Shown here: in pieces, positions 46,739-56,684 of the stretch
Layout of the letters: every line of letters starts with the position of its first letter
Numbering within the stretch: position 1 is the stretch's first letter
From: an uncultured Bacteroidota bacterium
Lineage (GTDB): Bacteria; Bacteroidota; Bacteroidia; Chitinophagales; LD1
Assembly (NCBI GenBank): GCA_903919075.1
Contig: CAIXGR010000007.1
Location: forward strand, 13,537-77,536
Reading direction: 5' to 3'
DNA: 64,000 bases
Translations under genes and position numbers: made by a program
The notes under the pieces: model-generated
Seen by the model: the letters and a program-made list of their open reading frames with translations, nothing else
Database searches by the model: none
What the model was told of the DNA's origin: nothing

Positions 46739-47479
46739 TTATTCGTACAATTCACTCTTCATCATTCCCCATTTGCAAAGCCTGTAAATTACCGAAACTT
46801 TAAGGCAGCCCAACCCATACTTAAGACTGCGGCTAAAGTTGATAGAGCTTGCTTCTTCAAAATATTTGGTAGGACAGGTAACTTCGGCTATTTGAAAGCC
46901 CTTGTAAAAAATTTGCGATAGCATTTGGTTATCAAAAACAAAATCATCACTATTTTTCATAAACTGAATTGAAGTGAGAATTTCTTTACTAAAAGCCCTG
47001 TAACCTGTGTGGTATTCCGAAAGCTTTTCGCCCAGCAAAACATTTTGGCTAAAGGTTAAAAACCGGTTAAAAATATACTTATACATAGGCATGCCACCTT
47101 TTAAGGCCCCACCCCCAAGTATTCTTGAGCCTAGTACTACGGGGTATACTTCATTGCCTATTATGCTTATCATAGCCATAAGCAGTTTAGGTGTGTATTG
47201 GTAATCAGGGTGTAGCATAATTACAATATCGGCACCTATTTCAATGGCCTTGGTATAGCAGGTTTTTTGGTTGCCACCATAGCCCTTATTCCGCTCGTGT
47301 TTAATAATATGATGAATGCCCAGGCGCCTGCCCACCTCAATGGTATTGTCTTTACTGGCATCATCCACCAAAATCACTTCATCCACTACATCCAATGGTA
47401 TTTCTCTATAAGTTTGCTCCAGTGTTCTCTCGGCGTTGTAGGCTGGCAGCGCTACCACCACTTTTTTTCCGTTATACAT
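46739..47479 (-). CDS. GT2 glycosyltransferase, polyprenyl-phosphate sugar synthase-like (DPM1/ArnC-like)
   Basis: 246 aa and soluble, with VVALPAYNAERTL, VILVDDASKDNT and the GT-A fold DxD region (MLHPDYQY). Confidence 0.75.
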   Translation of the reverse strand: MYNGKKVVVALPAYNAERTLEQTYREIPLDVVDEVILVDDASKDNTIEVGRRLGIHHIIKHERNKGYGGNQKTCYTKAIEIGADIVIMLHPDYQYTPKLLMAMISIIGNEVYPVVLGSRILGGGALKGGMPMYKYIFNRFLTFSQNVLLGEKLSEYHTGYRAFSKEILTSIQFMKNSDDFVFDNQMLSQIFYKGFQIAEVTCPTKYFEEASSINFSRSLKYGLGCLKVSVIYRLCKWGMMKSELYE

Positions 47480-47577
47480 TTTCTGTTTTTAGTCTAATTA
47501 ATATCCAAAGTATATCTGTGTAATCCTATAATAATCTGTGTAATCCATGATATATTCGTCCCGCAAATCTAACAGAA

Positions 47578-48774
47578 GTGAAGATTCTACAAATTACAAA
47601 AAAATTTCCCTGGCCCGTAAAGGATGGAGAGGTAATTGGCATTATCAACCTTACCATCGGCTTTGCAGGTTTAGGGCATAAAGTAAATGTAATTTCACTA
47701 AACACAAAAAAGCATTATTTCAACCCCGAAAAACTGCCTGAAAAGATAAGACAGCTTGCCAATTTTAAGGCGGTTGATATTGATACAAAAATTAACCCCT
47801 TAAAAGCTTTACTGAACCTTTTTAGCAACAAATCTTATAATATCGAAAGGTTTTATTCAACCGAGTTTGAGCAGAAAATAGCCGATGCGGTTAAAAGCGA
47901 AAACTACGACCTGATACTGTTGGAAGGAATTTACCTGATGCGTTATATTGATGTTATTAGAAAGCATACCAAAACCAAAGTATTACTAAGGCCACAAAAT
48001 GTAGAATATATAATTTGGGAACGACTTCGCGATACCGAACAAAATGGTTTGAAGAAATGGTATTTGAATCTGCTGGCAAACAGAATGAAAAAGTTTGAAC
48101 TGGAAAGTTTGAATAAAGCCGATATATTAATTCCGGTAAGTCAAACGGATATGGATATTTTTCTGAAGTATGGATGCACCTTGCCACATACGGCGATACC
48201 AACGGGTTATGTTTTTGATTCGTTACCGGAAATAAGCGGGACTGAAGAAAATGCCGTTGGCTTTATTGGCGGTATGGATTGGGTGCCTAATCAGGAAGGA
48301 GTGAAGTGGTTTATTGAAAAAGTATGGCCCAAGGTTATTCAACAACTACCCGATGCAAAACTTTATCTTGCAGGACGAAATTTTCCGGATGAAATAAAGA
48401 ATATGCAGGCTAAAGGAATGGTGGTAATGGGTGAGGTGGAAGATGCAAAGCAGTTTATTTTTTCTAAGTCAGTTTCAATTGTGCCTTTGTTTGCGGGCAG
48501 TGGTATGCGGGTAAAAATAGTAGAGGCAATGGCTTTAGGCAGGGCCATTATTTCGACTACTGTTGGGGCCGAGAGTTTGGCTTATACTGAAGGCGAAAAT
48601 ATTTTAATAGCCGATACTGCTGATGCTTTTGCCGATGCCGTAATAAAAGTATTGCAGGATAACAAACTGCGTTTGGCCTTAGGTAAGAATGCGCAGCAAC
48701 TTATACTAGATAAATATGATAACCGCAAAATTTGTTCAGCAATTATAGATTTCTGTAAACCCTATTTAAATTGA
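47578..48774 (+). CDS. GT4 (group 1) glycosyltransferase
   Basis: GTG start. The C-terminal GT-B region (FIGGMDW.PN.EG..WF...VWP, SIVPLFAGSGMRVKIVEAMALGRAIIST) is typical of the EX7E family. Confidence 0.8.
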   Translation: MKILQITKKFPWPVKDGEVIGIINLTIGFAGLGHKVNVISLNTKKHYFNPEKLPEKIRQLANFKAVDIDTKINPLKALLNLFSNKSYNIERFYSTEFEQKIADAVKSENYDLILLEGIYLMRYIDVIRKHTKTKVLLRPQNVEYIIWERLRDTEQNGLKKWYLNLLANRMKKFELESLNKADILIPVSQTDMDIFLKYGCTLPHTAIPTGYVFDSLPEISGTEENAVGFIGGMDWVPNQEGVKWFIEKVWPKVIQQLPDAKLYLAGRNFPDEIKNMQAKGMVVMGEVEDAKQFIFSKSVSIVPLFAGSGMRVKIVEAMALGRAIISTTVGAESLAYTEGENILIADTADAFADAVIKVLQDNKLRLALGKNAQQLILDKYDNRKICSAIIDFCKPYLN

Positions 48775-49970
48775 TAATAACTTTAGCGCTTATCATTTTT
48801 TGGATTTCGGTGGGGCTTATGTTTCACTGTTATGTTTTTTATCCGTTTATTCTTCGTGTATTATCATCCGGCAAAAAAGACAATGAAATAACCTTTGTGC
48901 CAAATGGTGAGCAACTTCCAAATGTGTTTGTTGTTTTTTCGGTTTTTAATGAAGAGAAAGTTATTCGAGAAAAACTGGAAAGTATTTTTAATGCAACATA
49001 TCCATTACACAAATTGAAAGTTTATCTGGGTTCGGATAATTCAACAGACAATACAAATAATATAATTAGCGAATATGTTTTGAAATATCCGCAGCTTATT
49101 TTTGTTCCTTATGCCGAGCGTAATGGCAAGCCAAAGGTTTTAGATAAACTGGTGAACAGAATAAACGAAAGCAATCAGATTAGATCAAAGGATGTTTTTG
49201 TTTTTACCGATGCCAATGTAATTTTTACAACATCTACTATTACTGAGTTGGTAAAACATTTTAAGAACGAAAGCATAGGCCTTGTGGCAGCTAATATTAT
49301 CAGCAAGGCTGTGCAACAGGATGGTATTTCGTTGCAGGAAAAAACATACACCCGTGGTGAAACGGCAATTAAACATTGGGAAGGTTTAATTTGGGGAACT
49401 ATGATTGGTGCTTTTGGAGGCTGCTATGCCATGCGCGCTGATTGTTGGGTTGATATACCAGATAATTATATAGTAGATGATTTTTATTTAAGCATGAACG
49501 TGCTAGCGCAAGGCAAAAAGGCCATTAGCGAAATGAATGCTAAGTGCATTGAAGATGTTTCGAACGATGTCGAACAGGAGTTCAACCGTAAGGCGCGTAT
49601 TCAAACTGGTAATTTGCAGAATTTAAGCACTTATTGGAAACTCCTTTTTCGTTTTAATGCTGTTTCGTTTTGTTTCTTTTCGCATAAGATTATTCGTTGG
49701 ATGGGGCCATTGTTTATAGCCTTGGCTTATGCTACAAATGCTTGGTTACTAAGCATGGGGCCATTTTACTATTTTACGTTTTTATTGCAGAACATATTAC
49801 TGGTTTCGCCTGTTATAGATGCTATTTTTAAAAGGGCGGGTATCCACTGGATGCCTTTGCGCTTTATATCGTATTTTTACATGATGAATTTGGCCCTGTT
49901 GAATGGTTTTATCATTTACCTTACTGGAGTAAAATCAAGCACCTGGACGCCAACTAAACGGAATGTGTGA
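48771..49970 (+). CDS. Membrane-anchored GT2 glycosyltransferase (processive synthase-like)
   Basis: The track start is TTG, overlapping the upstream stop by 4 nt, so the start is uncertain. An N-terminal TM segment precedes a GT-A core (VVFSVFNEE, FTDANVIF) and C-terminal TM helices. Confidence 0.7.
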   Translation: MIITLALIIFWISVGLMFHCYVFYPFILRVLSSGKKDNEITFVPNGEQLPNVFVVFSVFNEEKVIREKLESIFNATYPLHKLKVYLGSDNSTDNTNNIISEYVLKYPQLIFVPYAERNGKPKVLDKLVNRINESNQIRSKDVFVFTDANVIFTTSTITELVKHFKNESIGLVAANIISKAVQQDGISLQEKTYTRGETAIKHWEGLIWGTMIGAFGGCYAMRADCWVDIPDNYIVDDFYLSMNVLAQGKKAISEMNAKCIEDVSNDVEQEFNRKARIQTGNLQNLSTYWKLLFRFNAVSFCFFSHKIIRWMGPLFIALAYATNAWLLSMGPFYYFTFLLQNILLVSPVIDAIFKRAGIHWMPLRFISYFYMMNLALLNGFIIYLTGVKSSTWTPTKRNV

Positions 49971-50008
49971 AATTGATTTTTAATTAAATTGAAATTCGAA
50001 ATAAACCT

Positions 50009-51229
50009 ATGAAACTTGATACAATTGCCGAAGCTATTGAAGACATTAAGAACGGGAAACTTATAGTGGTAGTTGATGATGAAGACCGTGAAAATGAAGG
50101 CGATTTTGTTGTGGCAGCGCGCAAAGTAACGCCAGCTATTATCAACTTTATGGCTACACATGGCCGTGGCCTAATTTGTATGCCTATGGCCGAGGATTTA
50201 TGCGACAAACTCGACCTTCCTTTGATGGTTCAAAAAAATTCATCGAACCATGAAACAGCCTTTACTGTGTCGGTAGACTTATTGGGTCACGGTTGCACCA
50301 CAGGTATCTCAGCTCCTGACAGGGCAAAAACTGTGTTGCATCTTATTGATAAAAATGCCAGGCCTGATGATTTTGCCAAGCCGGGCCATATTTTCCCGCT
50401 TCGCGCAAAAACGGGTGGTGTATTAAGAAGGGCGGGCCATACAGAGGCCACAGTTGACTTGGCAAGAATGGCCGGATTTGAAGAGGCTGGTGTATTGGTA
50501 GAAGTAATGAATGAAGATGGAAGCATGGCTCGTTTGCCCGAGTTAATTGAAATTGCTAAAAAGCATAAGCTTAAAATCATTTCTATTAAAGATTTGATTC
50601 AGTACCGCATGAAGCATGACCGCTTGGTAAAGCGCGAAGTAGAGGTGGATTTGCCTAGTAAATATGGGCATTTTAAAATACGGGCATATTCGCAGGTTGG
50701 TGCACAGGAGCCCCACTTGGCCATATTTAAAGGCACCTGGGAGGAAAATGAGCCTGTATTAGTGCGTGTACATTCTTCTTGTTTAACAGGCGATATAATG
50801 GGTTCTCTTCGCTGCGATTGTGGTGACCAACTTGCCGCTTCGTTGCAAATGATAGAAAAAACAGGCAAAGGTGTGGTGCTGTATATGCAGCAGGAGGGAA
50901 GAGGCGTAGGTTTGTTGAATAAGTTAAAGGCATACCAGTTACAGGAGTTAGGCATGGATACTTATGAGGCTAATCTGCATCTGGGGTTACCTATGGATGC
51001 CCGCGATTACGGAGTAGGTGCGCAAATACTTAACGATATGGGTGTTTCGAAAATGAAACTAATGACGAATAACCCTAAAAAGCGCGTAGGTTTAATTGGC
51101 TATGGCCTTGAAATTGTAGATAATGTTCCTATCGAAATAGCTCCTAATTCGCATAACCACAAATATCTTCAAACAAAACGCGATAAAGCCGGGCACGAAA
51201 TTTTAAAAAAGGAAAACGAAAAAAAGTAA
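50009..51229 (+). CDS. ribBA: Bifunctional 3,4-dihydroxy-2-butanone-4-phosphate synthase / GTP cyclohydrolase II
   Basis: The RibB half has DDEDRENEGDFV and GHTEATVDLARMAG. The RibA half has HSSCLTGD..SLRCDCG and the EGRG.GL motif. Confidence 0.93.
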   Translation: MKLDTIAEAIEDIKNGKLIVVVDDEDRENEGDFVVAARKVTPAIINFMATHGRGLICMPMAEDLCDKLDLPLMVQKNSSNHETAFTVSVDLLGHGCTTGISAPDRAKTVLHLIDKNARPDDFAKPGHIFPLRAKTGGVLRRAGHTEATVDLARMAGFEEAGVLVEVMNEDGSMARLPELIEIAKKHKLKIISIKDLIQYRMKHDRLVKREVEVDLPSKYGHFKIRAYSQVGAQEPHLAIFKGTWEENEPVLVRVHSSCLTGDIMGSLRCDCGDQLAASLQMIEKTGKGVVLYMQQEGRGVGLLNKLKAYQLQELGMDTYEANLHLGLPMDARDYGVGAQILNDMGVSKMKLMTNNPKKRVGLIGYGLEIVDNVPIEIAPNSHNHKYLQTKRDKAGHEILKKENEKK

Positions 51230-51404
51230 AATAACTGCTTCTCTTCAATCAATTATTTAAAATTTATCAAGCATAAATATTTAATATTCTGCACGTTATT
51301 TATGTAATATTTGTATTGTAGTATATTATAAAAAAATGTTTTATAATTGCTGCTGTTGAGATTAGATGTCTGCGACTGATAAAAATCAACCTTTAACATG
51401 AGTA

Positions 51405-51700
51405 GCATCATGGCTTTGTAAGCCATATGCCAATTATCTTTGCCGTAACAATGAGTGAATGGTAAGGTTTCTGAGATAAGATATAACTAAAGTTGGGGGA
51501 TTTTGGATATGCTCTGAACTTGGGACCTTACCTTTTTTAGGTGTTATTACTATGCCTCAATGGCATTTAAAATATCCCCTTCCGAAGCTGTACTTCATTA
51601 ATCGCTGAGTCCTACACCCATCCAATGTGAATGCGGTTTGGAGGGGGACCTTACAAAAAAAACTGCCGATGCATTGAAAATGCATCGGCAGTTTTTTTTG
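51405..51700 (+). ncRNA. Candidate structured small RNA (unknown family) ending at an intrinsic terminator
   Basis: A gene-free gap of about 500 bp lies between convergent genes. It holds an 11-bp hairpin (51405-51430) and an 8-bp long-range helix GGTAAGGT (51461-68) / ACCTTACC (51525-32). The 10-mer GGGACCTTAC occurs at 51522-31 and again at 51645-54. A terminator follows at 51661-51700. The strand is inferred only from the hairpin plus T-run, and no family was recognised. Confidence 0.25.
51653..51700. terminator. Bidirectional rho-independent terminator
   Basis: AAAAAAAA, then AACTGCCGATGCATT GAAA ATGCATCGGCAGTT, then TTTTTTTG. This is a perfect 14-bp stem flanked by an A-run and a T-run. 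Confidence 0.9.
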
Positions 51701-51735
51701 TTTAATTGTCTGGTATCTACAGGTTCACGCCCAGC

Positions 51736-52350
51736 TTATCTGTTTATAACAAGGTAATTATTATATATGTGGTTGTTCGAAAGTTGCAGCCGGTAAAAGT
51801 AGGTGCCATCGGGCAACGGATTTTTGCTATCGCTATCAGTCCCGTCCCAGTTGTTAAAGTAATTATCATCTTCAAACACGAGCGTTCCGTACCGGTTAAA
51901 AACTTTTAAAGATGCTGGCTCAAAATATTCAACTCCGGTAAAAACAAGCAGGTCATTAATGTTATCACCGTTAGGAGAGAACCCTTGTGGAAGAAATATA
52001 TTATCAGGGCAATTTACGGTAATCAAAACCGTGCCGGTATCGCAGTTGCTGGTATCGCATACCACATATGCAAATGAATCGCTACCGCATGCAAAAGTTT
52101 GATGGGCAAAAATTAAATATGCTTTAGTTGAATCAAGATTAATTATTCCCAAGGTATTATCGGTGGTAATAACTTTAGCAATGAACAATGATTGGTTTTG
52201 TATATCCGAATCATTGGCCAGCACATTTAGTATTGAAGTAACAACAGTATCGGAGAGATTGTAAGTATCATTTACTGCAACCGGCCCGGTTTGCGCCATA
52301 AGGATATTGAAACATGAAAAGATAATGCCAAACAGGAAAATGTTCTTCAT
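51736..52350 (-). CDS. Small secreted protein with T9SS type B (gliding-motility CHU_C-like) C-terminal sorting domain
   Basis: Signal peptide. The C-terminus FLPQGFSPNGDNINDLLVFTGVEYF...LKVFNRYGTLVFED..YFNNWDGT......LPDGTYFY matches the type B sorting domain. The N-terminal part is cadherin/VCBS-like (VAVNDTY). Confidence 0.8.
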   Translation of the reverse strand: MKNIFLFGIIFSCFNILMAQTGPVAVNDTYNLSDTVVTSILNVLANDSDIQNQSLFIAKVITTDNTLGIINLDSTKAYLIFAHQTFACGSDSFAYVVCDTSNCDTGTVLITVNCPDNIFLPQGFSPNGDNINDLLVFTGVEYFEPASLKVFNRYGTLVFEDDNYFNNWDGTDSDSKNPLPDGTYFYRLQLSNNHIYNNYLVINR

Positions 52351-52368
52351 AAATAAACTGCTGGTGCT

Positions 52369-53343
52369 TTATCCTTTAGTAAACTCCGCTACCTTTTGCA
52401 CCAAATTTTTCGAACCTGTAAATATTGCGCATCGTTCATGAAAATCGCTTGGCTGAATTTCCAGAATTCTCATTTTGCCATCAATGGCTTCGCCGCCGGC
52501 CTGCTCAACAATAAATGCCATGGGTATGCATTCGTATAATAAACGCAGTTTGCCTTTAGCTTCGCCTTTATTAGCCGGGTACATAAAAATACCGCCCTTT
52601 AGTAAGGTGCGGTGCATATCGGCGGCCATGGCCCCAATATAGCGCAGCCTGTATGGACGAGAGTCGTTATTGTCAACTGCGGTACAGTAGTCAATAAACC
52701 CTCTTACATCATCGCCAAATTTCGAAATATTGCCTTGGTTGATAGAGTAAATTTTACCCTTTTCAGGAATAACAATATTGGGGTGTGAAATGTAAAAATC
52801 ATTATCGCCGGTGCTAAGTGTAAAGCCATTAACGCCTTTGCCGGTTGAAAGAACTAAAACCGTTGAGCTGCCATAAGTAACATATCCTGCTGCTTTAGCG
52901 TTTGCTCCCTTCTGCAAAAAATCGCTCAATTGAATTTTGCCAATTGGGCTAAGTCTTTCATTTACGCTAAAAATGGTGCCCACAGGGGCTGCTATATCAA
53001 TATTCGATGAGCCATCCAGGGGATCCATAGCAACCACATAATTTCCTGTGTCATTAATGTAAGTAACATCTTCGGTTTCCTCTGATATATAGCCTGCACA
53101 CGATTCAGCAGCAGCGAGGTAATCGTGCAGTATTTTATTGGTAAGGTGGTCTAGTTTCTGCACTTCCTCGCCATGTACATTGGTAAAATCGGGGGCATGG
53201 GCACCAAAAATATCTGATACGCCGGCATTATTTACCAGGTGCGATATTACTTTGCAGCCTTCGGCAAATGCAATCAATAGCTTGGCAAGTTCAAGATTAA
53301 CCGAGCCTGTTAGAAAGTCAGAAAGCTTCATTCTTTTATCCAT
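52369..53343 (-). CDS. fbp: Fructose-1,6-bisphosphatase class 1
   Basis: SEE..D.....G.Y.VAMDPLDGSSNID and GKLRLLYE..PMAFI.EQAGG motifs. An alternative start is the Met at 53331. Confidence 0.92.
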   Translation of the reverse strand: MDKRMKLSDFLTGSVNLELAKLLIAFAEGCKVISHLVNNAGVSDIFGAHAPDFTNVHGEEVQKLDHLTNKILHDYLAAAESCAGYISEETEDVTYINDTGNYVVAMDPLDGSSNIDIAAPVGTIFSVNERLSPIGKIQLSDFLQKGANAKAAGYVTYGSSTVLVLSTGKGVNGFTLSTGDNDFYISHPNIVIPEKGKIYSINQGNISKFGDDVRGFIDYCTAVDNNDSRPYRLRYIGAMAADMHRTLLKGGIFMYPANKGEAKGKLRLLYECIPMAFIVEQAGGEAIDGKMRILEIQPSDFHERCAIFTGSKNLVQKVAEFTKG

Positions 53344-53527
53344 CAGAGGGTGTTTTTGGCTTTATAGGCAAACCTAATTTATTCATTCGGCAATCGCAAA
53401 TACCGGTACCAATCTACAAAATTATGAATCAACTACATTCAAATATTTTGAAACAACGCCAATGTCTGCAAATTTTCTTTTAATATTTCCAGCTCTGAAT
53501 ATCTTTGCGCCCTCAAAATAACTTACA

Positions 53528-54016
53528 ATGAGTTTTGTTATAAGGCGGGGCGACGAAAAAGATGTGCCGGGAATGTTCAGGCTGATAAAAGAATTGGCTG
53601 AATACGAGCGTGCCCCTAAGGATGTAATTAACACCGAAAAAATGCTATTGGAAGATGGCTTTGGCCCAAAATCTATTTATAAGGTTTTTGTAGCCGAAGA
53701 AGTTTCGACCAATGATATTATTGGCATGGCCTTGTATTACACTGCCTACTCCACCTGGAACGGGAAAATATTTTATATAGATGATATTATTGTAACCGAG
53801 CGCTACCGCCGCTATGGCATAGGTAAAAAGCTGGTAGATTTGGTATTAAAGGAAGCCCACCACGAGGGGCTTAACCAGGTGCGCTGGCACGTACTGGAAT
53901 GGAACACACCCGCCATTGAATTTTATAAGAAGATGAAAGTTGTTTTTGATACCGAATGGACGACCTGCAAAATGAATAAGCAGCAAATAGCTGACTATGT
54001 AAGCGGGTTGAAGTAA
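53528..54016 (+). CDS. GNAT-family N-acetyltransferase (diamine acetyltransferase-like)
   Basis: Acetyl-CoA binding motif VTERYRRYGIGKKL. 162 aa. Confidence 0.8.
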   Translation: MSFVIRRGDEKDVPGMFRLIKELAEYERAPKDVINTEKMLLEDGFGPKSIYKVFVAEEVSTNDIIGMALYYTAYSTWNGKIFYIDDIIVTERYRRYGIGKKLVDLVLKEAHHEGLNQVRWHVLEWNTPAIEFYKKMKVVFDTEWTTCKMNKQQIADYVSGLK

Positions 54017-54083
54017 AGCGGGAATCCTTTTAATTTTCTATTATCATATTATTATTTTTGTCACATTATCACATTTAAAGTTT

Positions 54084-55349
54084 ATGCAGGTTTACAAATT
54101 TGGCGGGGCATCGGTAAAAGATGCGGAAGCGGTTCGGAATGTTATAACCATTTTGAAAGAAAATAATTTTAACGAAAAGGTAGTGGTTATATCAGCTATG
54201 GGTAAAACTACTAACGAGTTAGAGAACATAGTGAATTTATACTACGCCGGTAACGCCGGTTGGGAAGAGACTTTAAATGCCTTGTTCGAAAAACACACTG
54301 CTATTATTAAAAAGCTATACACCAACGGTGCTATCAATAAAGCTGTTGAGGATGTAAAAAAGTTAATCGAAAATATTCGCGAATTTTTAAAGCACAACAA
54401 TTCGCGCAACTATAATTATATATATGATCAGGTGGTTTCGGCCGGTGAGTATATTTCAACCACTATTGTAAGTGATTATGCTAACAACGAAGGTTTGAAA
54501 AATACGTTGCTTGATATAAAAGAAGTGCTGTTTACCGATAACGCCTATACTGAGGGCAAAGTTGATTTCGAAAAAACAGAGCAGGCTATTGCCAAAAAAA
54601 TACCTGCATTAATAAAAAGCGGGTTTGTAATTACACAGGGCTTTGTGGGCTGCACACCAGAGGGTTTCGCTACAACACTTGGCCGCGAAGGCTCGGATTA
54701 TACGGCCTCTATTCTGGCATTTGCATTAAACGCCAAGCGTATGACTGTGTGGAAAGACGTAGAAGGTATTATGAATACAGACCCTAAGGAATACCCCGAG
54801 GCGCAGTTTTTAGGTGAACTTACGTACCATGAGGCTATTGAAATGACGTACTACGGCGCAAGCGTTATTCACCCAAAAACTATTAAGCCAATACAGAATA
54901 AAAATATTCCGTTAGAGGTGCGCAGCTTTGTGCAGTATGGCAAACCGGGTTCGGTTATATCGGCCAATGCTAATACCAGTTTTTTACCACCTATTATTAT
55001 CTGGAAAAGAAATCAGGTGTTGCTCTCGTTTTCGGCGAAGGATTTTTCGTTTATAGCGGAAGACCATTTAAGCAAAGTGTTTGCCACATTTGCTGAAAAC
55101 CGCTTGCGCATTAACATGATGCAAAATGCTGCTATCAGCTTTTCAATAGCAGTTGATTTTAAGAAAGAAAAGATTGATAACATTATTGCCCAACTACATA
55201 ACGATTTCTCAATTACCCGCAACGATAACCTTTCGCTACTTACCATACGACACTATAACCAAGGTATTATCGATAAGCTGACAAGAGATAAGGACATTCT
55301 TGTTCGCCAAAGCTCGAGAACTACTTTGCAGGTATTGATGAGGGAGTGA
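54084..55349 (+). CDS. lysC: Aspartate kinase
   Basis: The N-terminal VYKFGGASV motif, an amino-acid kinase fold (GREGSDYTA), and C-terminal ACT-like regions. Confidence 0.88.
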   Translation: MQVYKFGGASVKDAEAVRNVITILKENNFNEKVVVISAMGKTTNELENIVNLYYAGNAGWEETLNALFEKHTAIIKKLYTNGAINKAVEDVKKLIENIREFLKHNNSRNYNYIYDQVVSAGEYISTTIVSDYANNEGLKNTLLDIKEVLFTDNAYTEGKVDFEKTEQAIAKKIPALIKSGFVITQGFVGCTPEGFATTLGREGSDYTASILAFALNAKRMTVWKDVEGIMNTDPKEYPEAQFLGELTYHEAIEMTYYGASVIHPKTIKPIQNKNIPLEVRSFVQYGKPGSVISANANTSFLPPIIIWKRNQVLLSFSAKDFSFIAEDHLSKVFATFAENRLRINMMQNAAISFSIAVDFKKEKIDNIIAQLHNDFSITRNDNLSLLTIRHYNQGIIDKLTRDKDILVRQSSRTTLQVLMRE

Positions 55350-55364
55350 TGAGTGCGGAATAGT

Positions 55365-56177
55365 TTAATCCTTCAATCGTGTCCGACGAGGAAAATTAAA
55401 AAGCAACGAGCCAACTATTGGCAAAAAGAAAATAGCAACAGTAAGCATGGAAAAATAAAAGTCAGAGTGCTCATTGTGTAATACGGTGCAAAAAGAATTT
55501 TCGGGTACTACCTTGCAAATAAAATCAAGGCATAAGCGCATGCCTAAAACACCAATTACAATAAATGCTACTGTATCAAGAAAAGGGAAGGTTTCGAGTA
55601 GTTTTACAAAATAACCAGCTACAATCCGCATAGTAATAATGCCTATAAATACACCGGCGCAAACTAAATAAATATTGTTGGTAAAGGCCACAGCAGCAAA
55701 TACGTTATCAATAGAAAAGGTAATATCCATCAACTCAACCATTATTACTGTACTCCAAAAAGTATTTAATCCCGGAATTCTTCTCTTAGGTTTTGCTTCA
55801 GCCGGTAAGCCATCAGGCGTTGTTTTAATGTGAGAGCCATTTTGGAAGATTTTTTTGAATAAAAATTCTCCGCTCAAATACACTAAGTAGCCGCCACCCA
55901 AAAGTTTTAACCAGGTTACTTTTATTAGAAAACTGGCGAAAATTAATGTTATGCCTCGAAAAAGATATGCAAAAAAAATACCTATTCTTAGTGCGCGCTT
56001 ACGCTGTTGTTTCGGTAAATCCATTACCATGGCTGCAAGCACAGCTGCATTATCTACCGAAAGTAGGCTTTCAATAACAACCAGGTTTATAACAACCAAC
56101 AACGCCGTCTTCGGGTCGGGTTGAATAAAATGAGAAAAAAAATTTGAAAAAGAGTCTAACAGCACCACTTTAAGCAA
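55365..56177 (-). CDS. TerC/DUF475-type integral membrane protein
   Basis: Duplicated S.DN motifs in TM helices (LLSVDNAAVLA, FSIDNVFAAVAF). TTG start in the track, so the start is uncertain. Confidence 0.65.
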   Translation of the reverse strand: MLKVVLLDSFSNFFSHFIQPDPKTALLVVINLVVIESLLSVDNAAVLAAMVMDLPKQQRKRALRIGIFFAYLFRGITLIFASFLIKVTWLKLLGGGYLVYLSGEFLFKKIFQNGSHIKTTPDGLPAEAKPKRRIPGLNTFWSTVIMVELMDITFSIDNVFAAVAFTNNIYLVCAGVFIGIITMRIVAGYFVKLLETFPFLDTVAFIVIGVLGMRLCLDFICKVVPENSFCTVLHNEHSDFYFSMLTVAIFFLPIVGSLLFNFPRRTRLKD

Positions 56178-56232
56178 AGTTAACGTGTATTACACGGCAT
56201 GTAAATTCCTATCTAATATTGCACAACCAAAT

Positions 56233-56610
56233 TTAGAAGGTCTTCGCAAGAAATTTATTGAATTCAAAACGTGTATCGGCAAAGCCACCGGTAAAATCTT
56301 TCATGCGGCCCAGCGTTTTGTTTTTTACAGTTTTAAAGTGCTCATCAATATGCTCGGGGCGCTCTTTGGCAACAGCCTCCACTTCGTTTTCCCTTGTTTT
56401 AATATCGTGGTGTAGTATATCTAATTGCTCACGTAGCATAATAAATTCATTCTGAAAATGCTCTACTTGCGCAACTACTTCCTTGCCGGTATTTTTAGAT
56501 GCCACTTCTTCAAGGCGGCTTACTAAAGTTGCTATTTCCTCTCTGTAAAAATCAAGTTCGCGCAACCAATCTATGTCTTGATGATGTAAGTTGTTCAATG
56601 ATGCTTTCAT
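56233..56610 (-). CDS. Hypothetical coiled-coil protein
   Basis: The start is set at ATG 56610 (the track start at 56631 is TTG). The protein is helical and charged with no recognisable motif. It lies downstream of the Usp gene on the same strand. Confidence 0.45.
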   Translation of the reverse strand: MKASLNNLHHQDIDWLRELDFYREEIATLVSRLEEVASKNTGKEVVAQVEHFQNEFIMLREQLDILHHDIKTRENEVEAVAKERPEHIDEHFKTVKNKTLGRMKDFTGGFADTRFEFNKFLAKTF

Positions 56611-56684
56611 GAATTTTGTTTTTAATGCCAAAGTGTGGCGGTTATATTTTAATTTTTATTAGTGCTAAGCTATGTGCAAGATAA

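Noticed and set aside
51461-51532. A TPP riboswitch-like look: a closing helix, CUGAGA, ..UGGAUAUGC.., and GGGA before the 3' strand.
   Set aside because: It lacks the GGGGUGC P2 strand, the ACCC element and the ACCUGA element. It is not upstream of any gene (a terminator and a convergent gene follow). This is too weak to call.
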